Source: Mustelus asterias
Taxonomy: Eukaryota
DNA: 64,000 nt
Direction of reading: 5' to 3'
NCBI RefSeq assembly: GCF_964213995.1
Contig: NC_135805.1
Coordinates: 36,766,001 to 36,830,000, forward strand
Of this stretch, positions 1 to 12,029 are shown piece by piece (within the stretch, counting starts at the first letter, position 1; each line of letters opens with the position of its first letter). The position numbers and the translations under genes are program-made. The notes below the pieces were generated by a model. The model had not been told where the DNA came from. It ran no database searches and saw only the letters and a program-made list of their open reading frames with translations.

Positions 1-1220
1 CTGCTTCCCAGATTGCCTGGATCCACTACAGTTCGCCTATCATCGCAACAGGTCCACAGCAGATGCCATCTCCCTGGCCCTACACTCAACCCTGGAACAC
101 TTAGATAACAAGGACACCTATGTCAGACTCCTATTTATTGACAGCTCAGCCTTCAAAACCATTATTCCTACGAAATTCATTTCCAAACTCTGGCCTGGGC
201 CTCGGCACCTCCCTCTGTGACTGGATCCTGAACTTCCTCACTCACAGACCACAATCAGTAAGGATAGGCAACAACACCTCCTCCATGGTCATCCTCAAAC
301 TGGTGCCCCACAAGGCTGTATCCTCAGCCCCCTACTATACTCCTTATACACCTATGGCTGTGCGGCCAAATTCCCCTCCAACTCAATTTTCCAGTTTGCT
401 GATGACACCACTGTAGTGGGTTGGATTTCAAACAATGATGAGACAGGGTATAGGAATGAGATAGAGAAGCTGGTGAACTGGTGCGGCAACAATAATCTCT
501 CCCTAAATGTCAACAAATGAAGAAAATTGTCATCAACTTCAGGAAGCGTAGTGGAGGACATGCCCCTGTCTACATCAATGGGGATGAAGTAGAAATGGTC
601 GAGAGCTTCAAGTTTTTAGTTGCCCAGATCACCAACAACCTGTCCTGGTCTCTCCATGCAGACGTTATAATTAAGAAAGCCCACCAACGCCTCTACTTTC
701 TCAGGAGACTAAGGAAATTTGGCATGTCCGCTACAACCCTCACCAACTTCGATAGATGCACCATACAAAGCATTATTTCTGGTTGTATCACAGCTTGGTA
801 TGGCTCCTGCTCTGTCCAAGACTGCAATGAACCACAAAGGGTCACGAATGAAGTCCAATCCATCACGCAAACCAGCCTCCCATCCATTGACACTGTCTAC
901 ACTTCCCGCTGCCTCAGAAAAGCAGCCAGCATTACCCCACGCATACTCTCTTCCACCCTCTTCATCAGGAAAAAGATACAGAAGTCTGAAAACGCGTACC
1001 AACCGACTCAAGAACAGCTGCTGCCATCAGGCTTTTGAATGGACCTACCTTATATTAAGTTGATCTTTCTCTACACCCTAGCTATGACTGTAACATGACA
1101 TTCTGCAGCATCTCCTTTCCTTCTCTAAGTATGGCATGCTTCGTCTATATAGCGTGCAAGAAACAATACTTTTCACTGTTTACTAATACATGTGACAATA
1201 ATAAATCAAACCAAATCAAA
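1..1220 (+). mobile_element. Rex1/Babar-clade LINE 3' fragment (RT C-terminal half plus 3' UTR), frameshifted
   Basis: Translates to [52 protein letters not shown]; ends in tgtgacaataataaatcaaaccaaatcaaa tail. Confidence 0.9.
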
Positions 1221-1233
1221 ATGTGCGGAAGTG

Positions 1234-1607
1234 ATGGCCTAATGGTATCATTGCTACACTATTAATCCAGAAACTCAGCTAATGTTCTGGTTCAAATTCC
1301 ACCACAGCAGATGGTTGAATTTGAATTCAATAAAAAATATCTGGAATTAAGAATCTGCCAATGACCGTGAAACCATTGTCAATGTCAGAAAAACCCATCT
1401 GATTCACGAATGTCCTTTAGGGAAGGAAATCTGCCGTCCTTACCTGATCTGGCCTATATGTGATTCCAGACCCACAGCAATGTGGTTGACTCTCAACTGC
1501 CCTCTGAAATGGCCTCGCAAACCACTCAGTTCAAGGGCAACCAGGGATAGGTTAATAAATGCTGGTCAGACACCGAAGCACATGCTCCACGAATGAATAA
1601 AACAAAA
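1234..1607 (+). mobile_element. tRNA-derived SINE (family S2) with CR1/L2-type 3' tail
   Basis: A-box-like tggcctaatggta, B-box ggttcaaattcc, tail aagggcaa..gggat..aataaatgctgg..atgaataaaa; homologous copies at 29754, 58115 and 8555-10272. Confidence 0.8.
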
Positions 1608-2871
1608 TGTTTTGCATCAATTGCTATTTCTGGGAGACTGTTGAACATATCTAATATTGTAAAGCAGAAAACAAATAACTGTTGCTAATTTTGCAGAATA
1701 CATCTTAATTTTGCAGCCTTCATTTTGGTATCTTACAAAATAAGAATACAAGAATAAAATGGTTGTGTGACTAAGTAGCACAAAGAGTCCAGCTAAGAAG
1801 CAACCTTAGCTGGTGCCTTTAAATTGGTAGAACATATTTACATTTTCTACTTCTGTTGTCAGTGTATTTAAGGGCTCATTTAAGCAGCAGGGAAATGGCT
1901 TAGTCTCTGATCAGCATTTGTCAGTGAGACGTGATCTCCAAGAACATGTCAAATATTCATGACTGGCTTGTGGTAGAGCTAGCCCAACATGAGATTCGAA
2001 ATGAGCAACGCAAGGACTCCAGTGATGCGATGTTTATTGATGTACATCCAACCATTGTTTGATGCAGGCATAGCGTGAACACATTTGTGACATCTGAATT
2101 GATGTTTGGTGGTGAGCGTTTTGATTGATTGTGTTTGGTTCTGTTGCACTTATTCAATAAAACCCAGACTCATGGCAATGCAGTTTTACACCAAGCTCTC
2201 TGCGTTTTCTTTCCCCTCTGTCTCTGTCTAACAGTGGTCAAAAGAAAAATATTCTTCCTTTGCACAGTTGGATGATTTCTTTGTTGAATTTTTCATGAGG
2301 TAGTTGATGTTAGGTTCTTTATGATAAGCACAAAGTATTTGACACTACCTGCAAAGACAAGGGCTGAAATACTAATTTTCTTTAGAAAAATGGGCAACGT
2401 TTCTGTTCTTATTGATTATTTGCTAATGATACTGCGGTAACATACATTTTTCAAATGTACACTTCCTAGAGAGTGCAATTGCAATGCTGGTGATGAGGAA
2501 GTTCAACCAATCATGACCAAACCACAATAATGATACGTTCACATTTCTCAATCAGCTAACGAGCTGCTAATGGGTATAAATGTTGAGAAGTTCATTAAAG
2601 CGGCTGTGGAGTGTGCAATCAGATTATCATTGCTCGCTGAGTGTATACCAATTTAACAACTAGGTGTGACAAGTCCTGGTGAGCTTTTTTAAGGAACGTT
2701 GCAGAAGCATTTCTGTCAAGAGGGCAACTTCAAACAGTTAAAGGAGGAAATAAAAACTTGACTGTTAGACAGAGATAAAGGACTCAGTGTGAACAGTGAT
2801 GAAATAAGAAAGAAGGTGCATACCTTAACAATGAGTACAATGCTGCAGAATAAATATTACTGTGAAGTTTT

Positions 2872-3162
2872 AGGGTGGCACAGTGGCACAGGGGTTCGAT
2901 TCCCAGCCTCGGGTCACTGTCTGTGTGGAGTCTGCACGTTTTCCCCGTGTCTGCGTGGGTTTCCTCCGGGTGCTCCAGTTTCCTCCCACAATCCAAAGAT
3001 GTGCAGGTTCGGTGGATTGGCCATGCTAAATTGCCCCTTCGTGTCGGGGGGACTGACTAGGCTAAATACATGGGGTTAAGGGGATAAGGCCGAGGTGGGA
3101 TTGGGGTTGGTGCAAACTCAAAGGGCTGAATGGCTTCCTGCTACGCTGTAGAATTCTATGAT
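2872..3162 (+). mobile_element. HE1-type V-SINE with CR1/HER1 tail
   Basis: V-domain gtctgcgtgggtttcctccgggtgctcc.gtttcctcccaca; tail gaatggcttcct..ctgtagaattctatga. Confidence 0.9.
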
Positions 3163-3264
3163 ATTTAAGATATATGGTCAGATTGGAAAGTTCCCTTTGG
3201 AAAAGTTGTATGAAAATGAACCATAGTAATAGAAAAGATGTTAACTAGAAGTAGCTGAGTTGTT

Positions 3265-3680
3265 TTTTTTAATTTTTCCATGGGATGGGGGTATTGCTGG
3301 CAAGACCAACATTTGTTGCGTATCCCTAATTACCCTTGAGAAGGTGATGATGAGATGCCTAGAAACAGCAATATAGTTTCAAACCAGAATGGTGAGTGAC
3401 TAGGAGGTAAACTTGCAGGTGGTGGTGTACCCATGCATCTGCTGCCTTTTGTCCTTCCAAACCTGTGGAGATTACAGATTCAGAAGGTGCTGTCGAAAAA
3501 GCCTTGACGAGTTGTTGCAGTGCATCTTGAAGATGGTACACACTGCCACTCCCTCTCTGTGTCGATTGTGGAGAGACCAAAGTTTTAAGTTGGTAGATGG
3601 AGCGCTGATCAAGTGGGCTGCTTTATTCCGGATGGTGTCAAACCTCTCCTGTGTTCTCAGGGCTTTGCACTCATCCAAGC
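3265..3680 (-). mobile_element. CR1/L2-group LINE 3' fragment (tail donor of SINE S2)
   Basis: ORF 3472..3678 FDTIRNKAAHLI..SLH..VCTIFKMHC..LFRQHL; tail matches the S2 SINE tail. Confidence 0.75.
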
Positions 3681-3714
3681 AACAGAGTGGAAATGTGAGT
3701 AGAGACGTCAGATA

Positions 3715-4347
3715 GATTTTGGGGAGATTGGAGGCAGTGCCAGGGACAGTGCCAGGGTACCAGGGGTGATGCCAGGGAGCAGGGGGCAGTGCCAGATGGG
3801 CCCCTGGAGACCTTCTTTGCTCTCCTTATCAGTTTCACCTTTTCAATTTCACCTTATCAGTTTGGGGATTGATTTCCCCTTGTGCATGTAGAGGGTGTTC
3901 CCTGTGCTCATGTGGAGGGGTGGGGAGGAGTGGATGGGTGGGGGGGTGAGGGGGGGAGGGGTGGTGGGGTGGGTGGGTGGGGGAGATTGAATTCCCTGTG
4001 CCTGTAGTGGTGGGGTGGGGGGGGGAAGGGTGTTGCTTCCTGTGTTGTATAGCAGAGAGGACTTCCAGTCCCAGCATGATGGCGTGGGCCATGCCTCCGG
4101 ATTTATTTTGCACAGAGTACTGCATTATCCAAAAGAGAAAAACAGGCTGTGCAGCCTGGCTTTCTCACCTCATGATGTGGAGATGCCGGCGTTGGACTGG
4201 GGTGAACACAGTAAGAAGGCTCACAACACCAGGTTAAAGTCCAACAGGTTTATTTGGTAGCAAATACCATAAGCTTTCGGAGCGCTGCTCCTTCGTCAGA
4301 TCTCACCTCAGCCAGCACTTTGTGCGGAGAATGGAAAATTCTGTCCA
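3715..4347. mobile_element. Degraded GC-rich non-autonomous DNA transposon (Harbinger-like, related to 20466-21664)
   Basis: ggcagtgccaggg repeats and G-rich tract; TIR-like end gaaaattctgtcc. Confidence 0.45.
4173..4300 (-). mobile_element. Penelope-like family A, 128-bp 3' terminal insertion with hammerhead core
   Basis: Minus strand reads CTGACGA-A-GGAGC-AGC-GCTCC-GAAA-GCTT-ATGG then the family tail ..gccggcatctccacatca; TSD tctcacctca at 4163-4172 and 4301-4310. Confidence 0.85.
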
Positions 4348-4363
4348 TTGAGTCTATTTGATG

Positions 4364-4638
4364 CAAAAACAGAACATGCTAGAAAATCTCAGCAGGTCTG
4401 ACAGCACCTGTGGGGAGAGAACACAGCCAACGTTTCGCGTCTAGACGACCCTTCGTCAGAGCTGATAGAGCCAATGTTTCGAGTCTAGATGACCCTTCAT
4501 CAAAGCATTTCGAGAATTTAGCATGACCATGAAACATTGGTTCTATTCTCCCAGATGCTGTCAGGCCTGCTGGGATTTTCCAGCATTTTCTGTTTTTGTT
4601 TCAGATTCCAGCATTTGCAGTATTTTGCTTTTATCTTA
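4364..4638. mobile_element. Penelope-like family B insertion with inverted termini and two tandem hammerhead motifs
   Basis: 4364-4506 (-) and 4531-4638 (+) are inverted copies of the family B end; 14-bp TSD gagtct(a/g)tttgatg at 4350-4363 and 4639-4652. Confidence 0.85.
4425..4463 (-). ncRNA. Minimal type-I hammerhead ribozyme motif (PLE family B)
   Basis: AGCU-CUGACGA-A-GGGUC-GUCUA-GACGC-GAAA-CGUU-GGCU; intact core, palindromic stem III ACGU, one stem II mismatch. Confidence 0.75.
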
Positions 4639-5337
4639 GAGTCTGTTTGATGTCTGTGCTGGCTGTTTGTGAGAACCATCCAAACCAAATTCCACTGACC
4701 TGCACTCTGCTCAAACCTCTGAAACTCCCTCTGCCTCTGAATCTTTTTTATTTTTAAAAGATGCAATGCCCACAGCCTCAACCATGTCCTTTGACAAAGC
4801 AGTCCATGTTCCAACTCTTCCTAACCTCTCTCTGTGTTTTCATGCAGACAATTATAAGTTAATGACTGTGCCCCCCCCCTCCCTGCTGACCATTTTATTA
4901 CTGGCACCTCAATCAAAGGAAATTGCGTTTCTCTCTAGTCGATAAAACCTTTTATTCCTTTTACAATCTTTATTAGATCTCCTTATAGCCTGGTCTCAGT
5001 GTAAATAGGTCCTGTATCTCAAGCCGCTCCCCATTGCTATTGTCTCCCATGTCTGGCATTACCGTAATGAAACTGTGCTATCTTCTTTTCATGGTTTTAA
5101 TGTACAATCGAAAAGGAACAGGCAATTAGCACTGAAGCCAACGGCACTTTGACAATATCAACAAGCCCTGTGCAGTGATACAAAGCACAGTTTTTGTAAG
5201 AAATGATCGCACAGTGTCTCCAGCAAATTATATCACGGGAACTGGCACAGGTGCATCACCCTTAGCTGTGCAGATAGATAGGTATTTTGTAGCCTCTAAA
5301 GCTTGCCAATGGCTACAAGGTCTTCCAGCACTGCTAT

Positions 5338-5640
5338 CACGGTGGCACAATGGTTAGCACTGCTGCCTCTCAGTGTCAGGGACCCAGGTTTGATTCCCGG
5401 CTTGGGTCACTGTCTGTGTGAAGTTTGCACGTTCTCCCCATGTCTGTGTGGGTTTCCTCTGGGTGCTCCCGTTTCCTTTCACAGTCCATAAGATGTGCTG
5501 GTTAGGTGTATTGGTCATGCTAAATTCTCCCTCAGTGTACCCGAACCAGTGCTAGAGTATGGCGACTAGGGGATTTTCACAGTAACTTCATTGCAGTGTT
5601 AATGGTAGACTACTGGTGACACTAATGAACAAACTTTAAA
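5338..5640 (+). mobile_element. HE1-type V-SINE with alternative (type 2) tail
   Basis: tRNA head plus V-domain, then ctcagtgtacccgaac..ggattttcacagtaacttcattgcagtgttaat..gtgacactaat. Confidence 0.85.
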
Positions 5641-6584
5641 ACATTTAGAAGCATACATGGTCAGTGCATAGTAAATATTGACGCAATAATTGTAACCTCA
5701 GGATTCTGACGACCATCATCATTTGTTGCTGACCATTGGAATAAACGAGAGACACTGCACAAACAGTCTGGGTCCTGCTGCAACATATGGATTGCAATGG
5801 TTCAAGAAGGCAGCTCAACACCAAGGGTGTTTGGAGATGGGCAATGAATGCTGGCCAAGCTAATGACACTCACATCCCCTGAATGAGTAAAACAAATCCT
5901 TATTATTAACATTGATATAGCCTTGACAAACAAATATTCTCTTGCATTTTGAAGAGATCAAATGGTCAGAATTGTGATGGACAGGGGTGATCAGTTGTTG
6001 GAGTTCTGTACTCAGGCCTGCTTTCTCCCCAATGTTAATGAGGTTATGAATCTTGTCACCATGATTACCTGTATTATTTGAGATTTGGGCTATTTTCAGT
6101 TGCAGGCATCACTGCTTCTTTTTCACTCTTCTAACTTCTAGTTTTTGTTTGCCTTTGCTCAAATCTTGATTTGCGCTCCCATTATGTCAACGAGGAATTT
6201 TCCCTTTTTATCTGTTGTTTCTTTGGTCTTCGTGTTTGAGGGCAGTCTGTTAGATTCCAATGTTCCTGCCACCCATCGTCAATATCGATATCACTACACA
6301 GCAATGCAACTTTATTGCTTGTGAGACTGCAGATGGTATTCATCTCTTGTGTTCCATTCTTCAGTGACGAACAGAGGAATCAAAGGTTATTAGGCTGGGC
6401 GGAATATGGAGTTGAGGCCACAGTCAGATCAGCCGTGATCGTATTGAATGATGGAGCAGGGTTCGAGGTGCCTAATGATACTGTTCCTCATTCATATGTT
6501 CGTAATAGCCAAACATACCTCAACTGGAATGGATATCGCTCTCTCAATATGCTTCTGCTTTCAAACCAGCTGTATATTTTTCTA

Positions 6585-6988
6585 GATGTGGAGATGCCGG
6601 CGTTGGACTGGGATAAACACAGTAAGAGTTTTAACAACACCAGTTTAAAGTCCAACAGGTTTACTTGATAGCAAATGCCATTAGCTTTCGGAGCGCTGTT
6701 CTTTCATCAGATGGAGTGGAAATCTACTCTCAAACAGGGCACAGAGACACAAAATCAAGTTACAGAATACTGATTAGAATGCGAATCTCTACAACCAAAC
6801 AGGTCTGGTTGGCTGAAGAGATTCGCATTCTAATCAATATTCTGTAACTTGATTTTGTGTCTCTTGCCCTGTTTGAGAGCACATTTCCACTCCATCTGAT
6901 GAAGGAGCAGCGCTCTGAAAGCTAATGGCATTTGCTACCAAATAAACCTGGTTGGACTTTAACCTGGTGTTGTTAAAACTCTTACTGT
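6585..6988. mobile_element. Penelope-like family A fold-back insertion
   Basis: Arms 6619-6802 and 6805-6988 are reverse complements; tail present only at the left end; TSD tatttttct(a/g)gatg at 6575-6588 and 6988-7001. Confidence 0.9.
6892..6928 (+). ncRNA. Minimal type-I hammerhead ribozyme motif (PLE family A)
   Basis: CCAU-CUGAUGA-A-GGAGC-AGC-GCUCU-GAAA-GCUA-AUGG; stem I CCAU/AUGG, predicted cleavage after CUA at 6924; mirror copy on - strand at 6678-6714. Confidence 0.8.
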
Positions 6989-7600
6989 ATTTTTCTGGAT
7001 GCAGTGGTGTATTTTACTTGAATGGTCACTCAGAAAATATCCGTTCAAATCCCTCCATGGGTATTTATGAATTTGAATTCATAGAATCCCGACAGTGCAA
7101 AATGAGGCCATTCAGCCCATTGAGTGTGCACCGACTCTCCGGTAGAGCATCCTACCCAGGCCCACCACCGCCCCACCCCCCCCCCCCCCCACCCCCCCAT
7201 CCCCCCACCCCCGGCCTATCCCAGCTTAACCAGTCACTCAGCTGTATCTGACTGCATCAAGTAACCCCCAGACTGCAGCGTTTCAAGAAGACCCAGCCGT
7301 CTCAGAGCAAATAAGGGAAAGCCTTGATAGAGATGCCTGTCTCCCGAGAATTAATTTAAGAAGAAAAATCAGGAGCTGCCTCAAACACCTTTATTTTAAG
7401 ATAACATCCCGAACACCCCTAGCACCTAACGCAATTTTCCAAAGAAAGTCAAGCCCCAGAAGAATCTTAGGAAACCTTTGCAATTGTGCTTATTAGAGCT
7501 TCAACTGCACAGTACTACAAGAAAATGCATTCAATCAACAGGAGTCAATTAAGGGAAATAAAGGGGAATTCAGTCGATATCAAAGGGAGGAGCAATTGAA

Positions 7601-8038
7601 AGTTATCCATTGAGATCAGCGGGATCAGTTATCTATTGAGATCAGTGGGATCAATTATCTATTGGGATCAGTGGGGATCAGTTATCTATTGGGATCAGCA
7701 GGATCAGTTATCTATTGGGATCAGCGGGATCAGTTATCTATTGAGATCAGCGGGATCAGTTATCTATTGAGATCAGCGGGATCAGTTATCTATTGAGATC
7801 AGTGGGATCAATTATCTATTGGGATCAGCGGGGATCAGTTATCTATTGGGATCAGCAGGATCAGTTATCTATTGGGATCAGCGGGATCAGTTATCTATTG
7901 AGATCAGCGGGATCAGTTATCTATCGAGATCAGCGGGATCAGTTATCTATCGAGATCAGCGGGATCAGTTATCTATTGAGATCAGCGGGATCAGTTATCT
8001 ATCGAGATCAGCGGGATCAGTTATCTATTGAGATCAGT
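7601..8038. repeat. 26-bp minisatellite, ~17 copies
   Basis: Unit agttatctattgagatcagcgggatc; two 27-bp variants at 7653 and 7810. Confidence 0.97.
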
Positions 8039-8554
8039 TGCATCCTTTCTGTACCTGTGCTTTCCATTATTCTCACCTTCTTTCGTATAACCATCTTAAC
8101 AATTGGCACAAGTTTACATTCTCAGGGATAATTTACCTTATCTTCTTGCAGATACCAATGGATTTGCCTTGTTTTTGCTTTGGCTTTTGATTGCTAACAT
8201 TTGCAGTTTTAATACAATGCATTTTTTCCACTGGGTCTGATCATAGCTTAAATGTCCAAATATATTGTGTCCTATATCTTTTATGTCATGTCACTTTAAC
8301 GTAATAGCCATAAATGTAATGTGCTTCTGCACCAAAATAGCTTGCAGCTATCCTCGATATGTATTATAATTGTTATCTTTCCCACTTTGTGCCATCCTAA
8401 TTTCCCAGGTTTTGATATTTTGGCATCAAAAGTAGATGTTTCTTTGGTTATCATAATAAACTGCGACTGTCCTGTATTGATAGATGAAATATATTAACCC
8501 TGCGCTTTGCGCAGCATGGGGAAATCTTGCGTGTGTTTAAGGAACATTTCTTCT

Positions 8555-10272
8555 TATTCATTTGTGGTTGGCCAGCAGTTATTGCCCATCCCTAGTTGCC
8601 CTTGGAGGGCAGATGAGAATCAACCACATTGCTGTGGCTCTGCAGTCCTGGTCCCCCCATGCCGACACTATAGTTAAGAAAGCCCACCAACGCCTCTGCT
8701 TTCTGAGAAGACTAAGAAAATTTGGCATGTCAGCTATGACGCTCACCAACTTTTACAGATGCACCATAGAAAGCATTCTTTCTGGTTGTATCACAGCACA
8801 ACTGTATCACAGTTGTATCACAGGCATTTATTGCCCATCCCTAATTGCCCTTGAGGAGGTGGTGGTGAGCTGCCTTCTCCCTGGCAGGAAGCCTGTGCAC
8901 TTCCTGGGAAACTGGTGGCAAACCTGCCGCTGCCTTTTTCAGGAGGCCTGATGGAATCAAGCCCGAATTGGGTGCCTACCCTCCTGCTGCCGGGTATCCT
9001 TGTCCCTGTGAGGGGAATTTCACACCTGAAACTTGGCAGGGGCAGACGGTTCACCTGCAAGAGCTGCTGGCCAATCAGAGACTGGCTGCTGTCCACAACC
9101 AGCTGTGACACAGGAAGTGGTAGCCACTGCCTGTATGTGCAGCCCAACCAAAGATGGATGCCGGAGCCCATGAAAACTGGTGAGTGGGATGGGTTTGCCA
9201 GAGTCAGACAAGGAGGTCCCGATGAGGGGGGAGAGGTCAGGAGATTGTTTTGACAACACCACCATAGAGGGTCGGATCTCAAACAATGACAAGGCATAGT
9301 ACAGGAATGAGATGGAAAATCTGGTGAACTGGTGCAGCAACAATAATCTCTCCCTCAGTGTCAACAAAGTGAAGGAGATTGTCATCGAATTTAGGAAGCG
9401 TAGAGGAGAACCATGTCCCTGTTTACATCAATGAGGATGAAGTAGAAATGGGCGAGAGCTTCAAGTTTTTAGGTGTCCAGATCACCATCAACCTGTCCTG
9501 GTCTCCCCATGCCGACACTATAGTTAAGAAAGCCCACCAACGCCTCTACTTTCTCAGAAGACGAAGGAAATTTGGCATGTCAGCTATGACTCTCACCAAC
9601 TTTTACAGATGCACCATAGAAAGCATTCTTTCTGGTTGTATCACAGCTTGATATGGCTCCTGCTCTGCCCAAGACCGCAAGGAGCTACAAAAGGTCGTGA
9701 ATATAGCCCAATCCATCACGCAAACCAGCCTCCCATCCATTGACTCTGTCTACACTTCCCACTCCCTCGGAAAAGCAGCCAGCATAATTAAGGACCCCAT
9801 GCACCCCAGACATTCTCTCTTCCACCTTCTTCCTTTGGGAAAAGGATCCAAAAGTCTGAGGTCACGTACCAACCGACTCAAGAACAGCTGCTGTCAGACT
9901 TTTGAATGGACTTATCTTGCATTAAGTTGATCTTTCCCTTTCTCTACACCCTAGCTATGACTGTAACACTACATTCTGCACTCTCTCGTTTCCTTCTCTA
10001 TGAACGGTATGCTTTGTCTGTATAGCGTGCAAGATGTGACAATAATAAATCAAATCAAATCAAATGTAGGCCAGACCAGGTAAGGATGGCAAATTTCCTT
10101 CCCTAGAGGACATTAGTGAACCTGATGGGATTTTCCCAACAACTCATGGTCATCAATAGATTTTTAATTCCAAATATTTGTTGAATTCAAATTTCACTAT
10201 CTGCTGTGGCAGGATTCAAACCCAAATCCTCTCGAATATTAGCTGAGTACTCGTCTAATGATAATACCAGTA
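8555..10272 (-). mobile_element. SINE S2 split by a composite Rex1 insertion
   Basis: 3' part at 8555-8647, remainder at 10064-10272 (atgtaggccagaccagg..ggattcaaaccc). Confidence 0.75.
9255..10063 (+). mobile_element. Rex1/Babar LINE 3' fragment
   Basis: ESFKFLGVQIT..KKAHQRLYFLRR..NRLKNS; (aaatc)n tail. Confidence 0.9.
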
Positions 10273-10697
10273 GGCAAGTGCCTCCAGATTGGAAAATACT
10301 GAGACAAATTTCCCTGCATCTGGATTTTATTATGTCCCAGCAGATTATGGACTTCCAGCCAATAATTTTGACTTAACCTGTATATGTGGAAACTGAAACA
10401 ATTAGATTGGCAGCCCCCAAACATGTTGGGCCTGGTTTGGAATAGAAAGAAACCTATGCCACAACAATGCACCACTAACTTCCAGGGAAGTGTAGGACCT
10501 AGTGTTCACAGTAGCCTAGAACATTCATCCTGATCACAGGGCTATCTTTCTGCAGCAGGGCCATTATTATATTATGGATTATATGGCATGACACTCTTGC
10601 CCATATAAAGCAAAGCAGCTTCTCATCTAATTTATTGCAAAGCATTTAACATCCATTGGCAATATACTAAAATTCTTACATATTGCATGCTTCATGC

Positions 10698-11165
10698 ATA
10701 GAATCACAAAATCCTGACAGTGCAGAAGGAGGCCATTTGGCCCATCAAGCCTGCACCAACAACAATCCCACCCAGGCCCTATCCCCATAACCCCACAGTT
10801 TTATTTGATTCATTATTGCCACATATATTGGGATACAATGAAAAGTATTGTTTCTTGTGCTACACAGACAAAGCATACCATTCATAGAGTACATAGGGGA
10901 GAAGGAAAGGAGGGGGTGAAGAATATAGTTTTGTAGTTGACGGTAGGGTGAAGAGAAAGGTCAGCTTAAGGTGCCCTTATTTACCCTGCTAGTTCCTCTG
11001 ACACTAAGGGACAATTTAGCATAGTCAATCAACCAGAGCACCCAGAGGAAACCCACGTAGATATGGGGAGAATGTGCAAAGTCCACGTAGACAGTGACCC
11101 AAGGCCGGAATCGAATCTGGGTCCCTGGCGCTGTGAGGCAGCAGTGTTAGCCACTGTACCACTGT
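10698..11165 (-). mobile_element. HE1 V-SINE with nested Rex1 3' tail (about 10800-10970)
   Basis: atagaatc tail, B-box ggaatcgaatctggg; inner ttattgccacat..gaaaagtattg Rex1 tail. Confidence 0.8.
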
Positions 11166-12029
11166 TCCCCTCCACCCCCCTCAATTTCCCACAAATTGTT
11201 AAAAACTTATTTCACTGCCTTGTTAATCACTATAACCTTTCCAAAATTCAGGTTCACTCACACCTTCTGGTTTATTTTCATTTCCACATTGAACATTTTT
11301 GGAATTTACAAGTTAAGTTCCAACTCATGGTGTGACAGAAGCTCCATTGCTCTACGCATGTGTTTCATTTAATGCATTGATTTTACCTAATAGTTTACCT
11401 CATATATTTTCATTACGCAAAATTCTTGAATTGAGGTGTAATGATAATGTCCGCTTGGCAATAAAAAAGCTTAAATGGCGCAGTCCGCCCCTTGTCAATT
11501 TTTTTTTCCAAACCGATTTCCATTATACCTAAATCTTTTGGTGTTTAAAATGTGACATAAAACACATTCAGTTGCTGCAGAATTTTTACAGTCCACTAAA
11601 TTTTACATTACTTTAATATCTGCAAATTAATACTGTCAAGAATATCCTGATTAGCACTGTCTGGAAGTAAAACAGCTGCATAATTCTTTTGCTGAGCCTC
11701 ACTGCTACTGAAGTTAACTAAAAGGAAAGATTTTAAGTCATTCTTTCACACTTTAGTTCACAGGAGCTTTAATCGGTTCTCAAAGTGTATAAGCCATTAC
11801 CTTTGTAAAACATGCAATTATAAATAATGGCTTCAGGATTAACTATTATTTTTCTTCAGGAGGGACTCCATCACTTATATGCTTCCAATATAGTGGACAT
11901 TTTAATAAATTCACCTAATCTGTCCTGTACATGAGTGTTGAAAGAGAGTTTGATTGGGATACTAAGGATTGTGCACGATGAACTGAGTTTCTGCCTTACT
12001 TTCCGAGCTACATGGAAATTCTTCCAGCT

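Noticed and set aside
7601-8038. CRISPR array or repeat-protein ORFs (7793..8131, 7819..8031)
   Set aside because: Contiguous tandem units with no unique spacers, no cas genes, vertebrate context; the ORFs are by-products of the repeat
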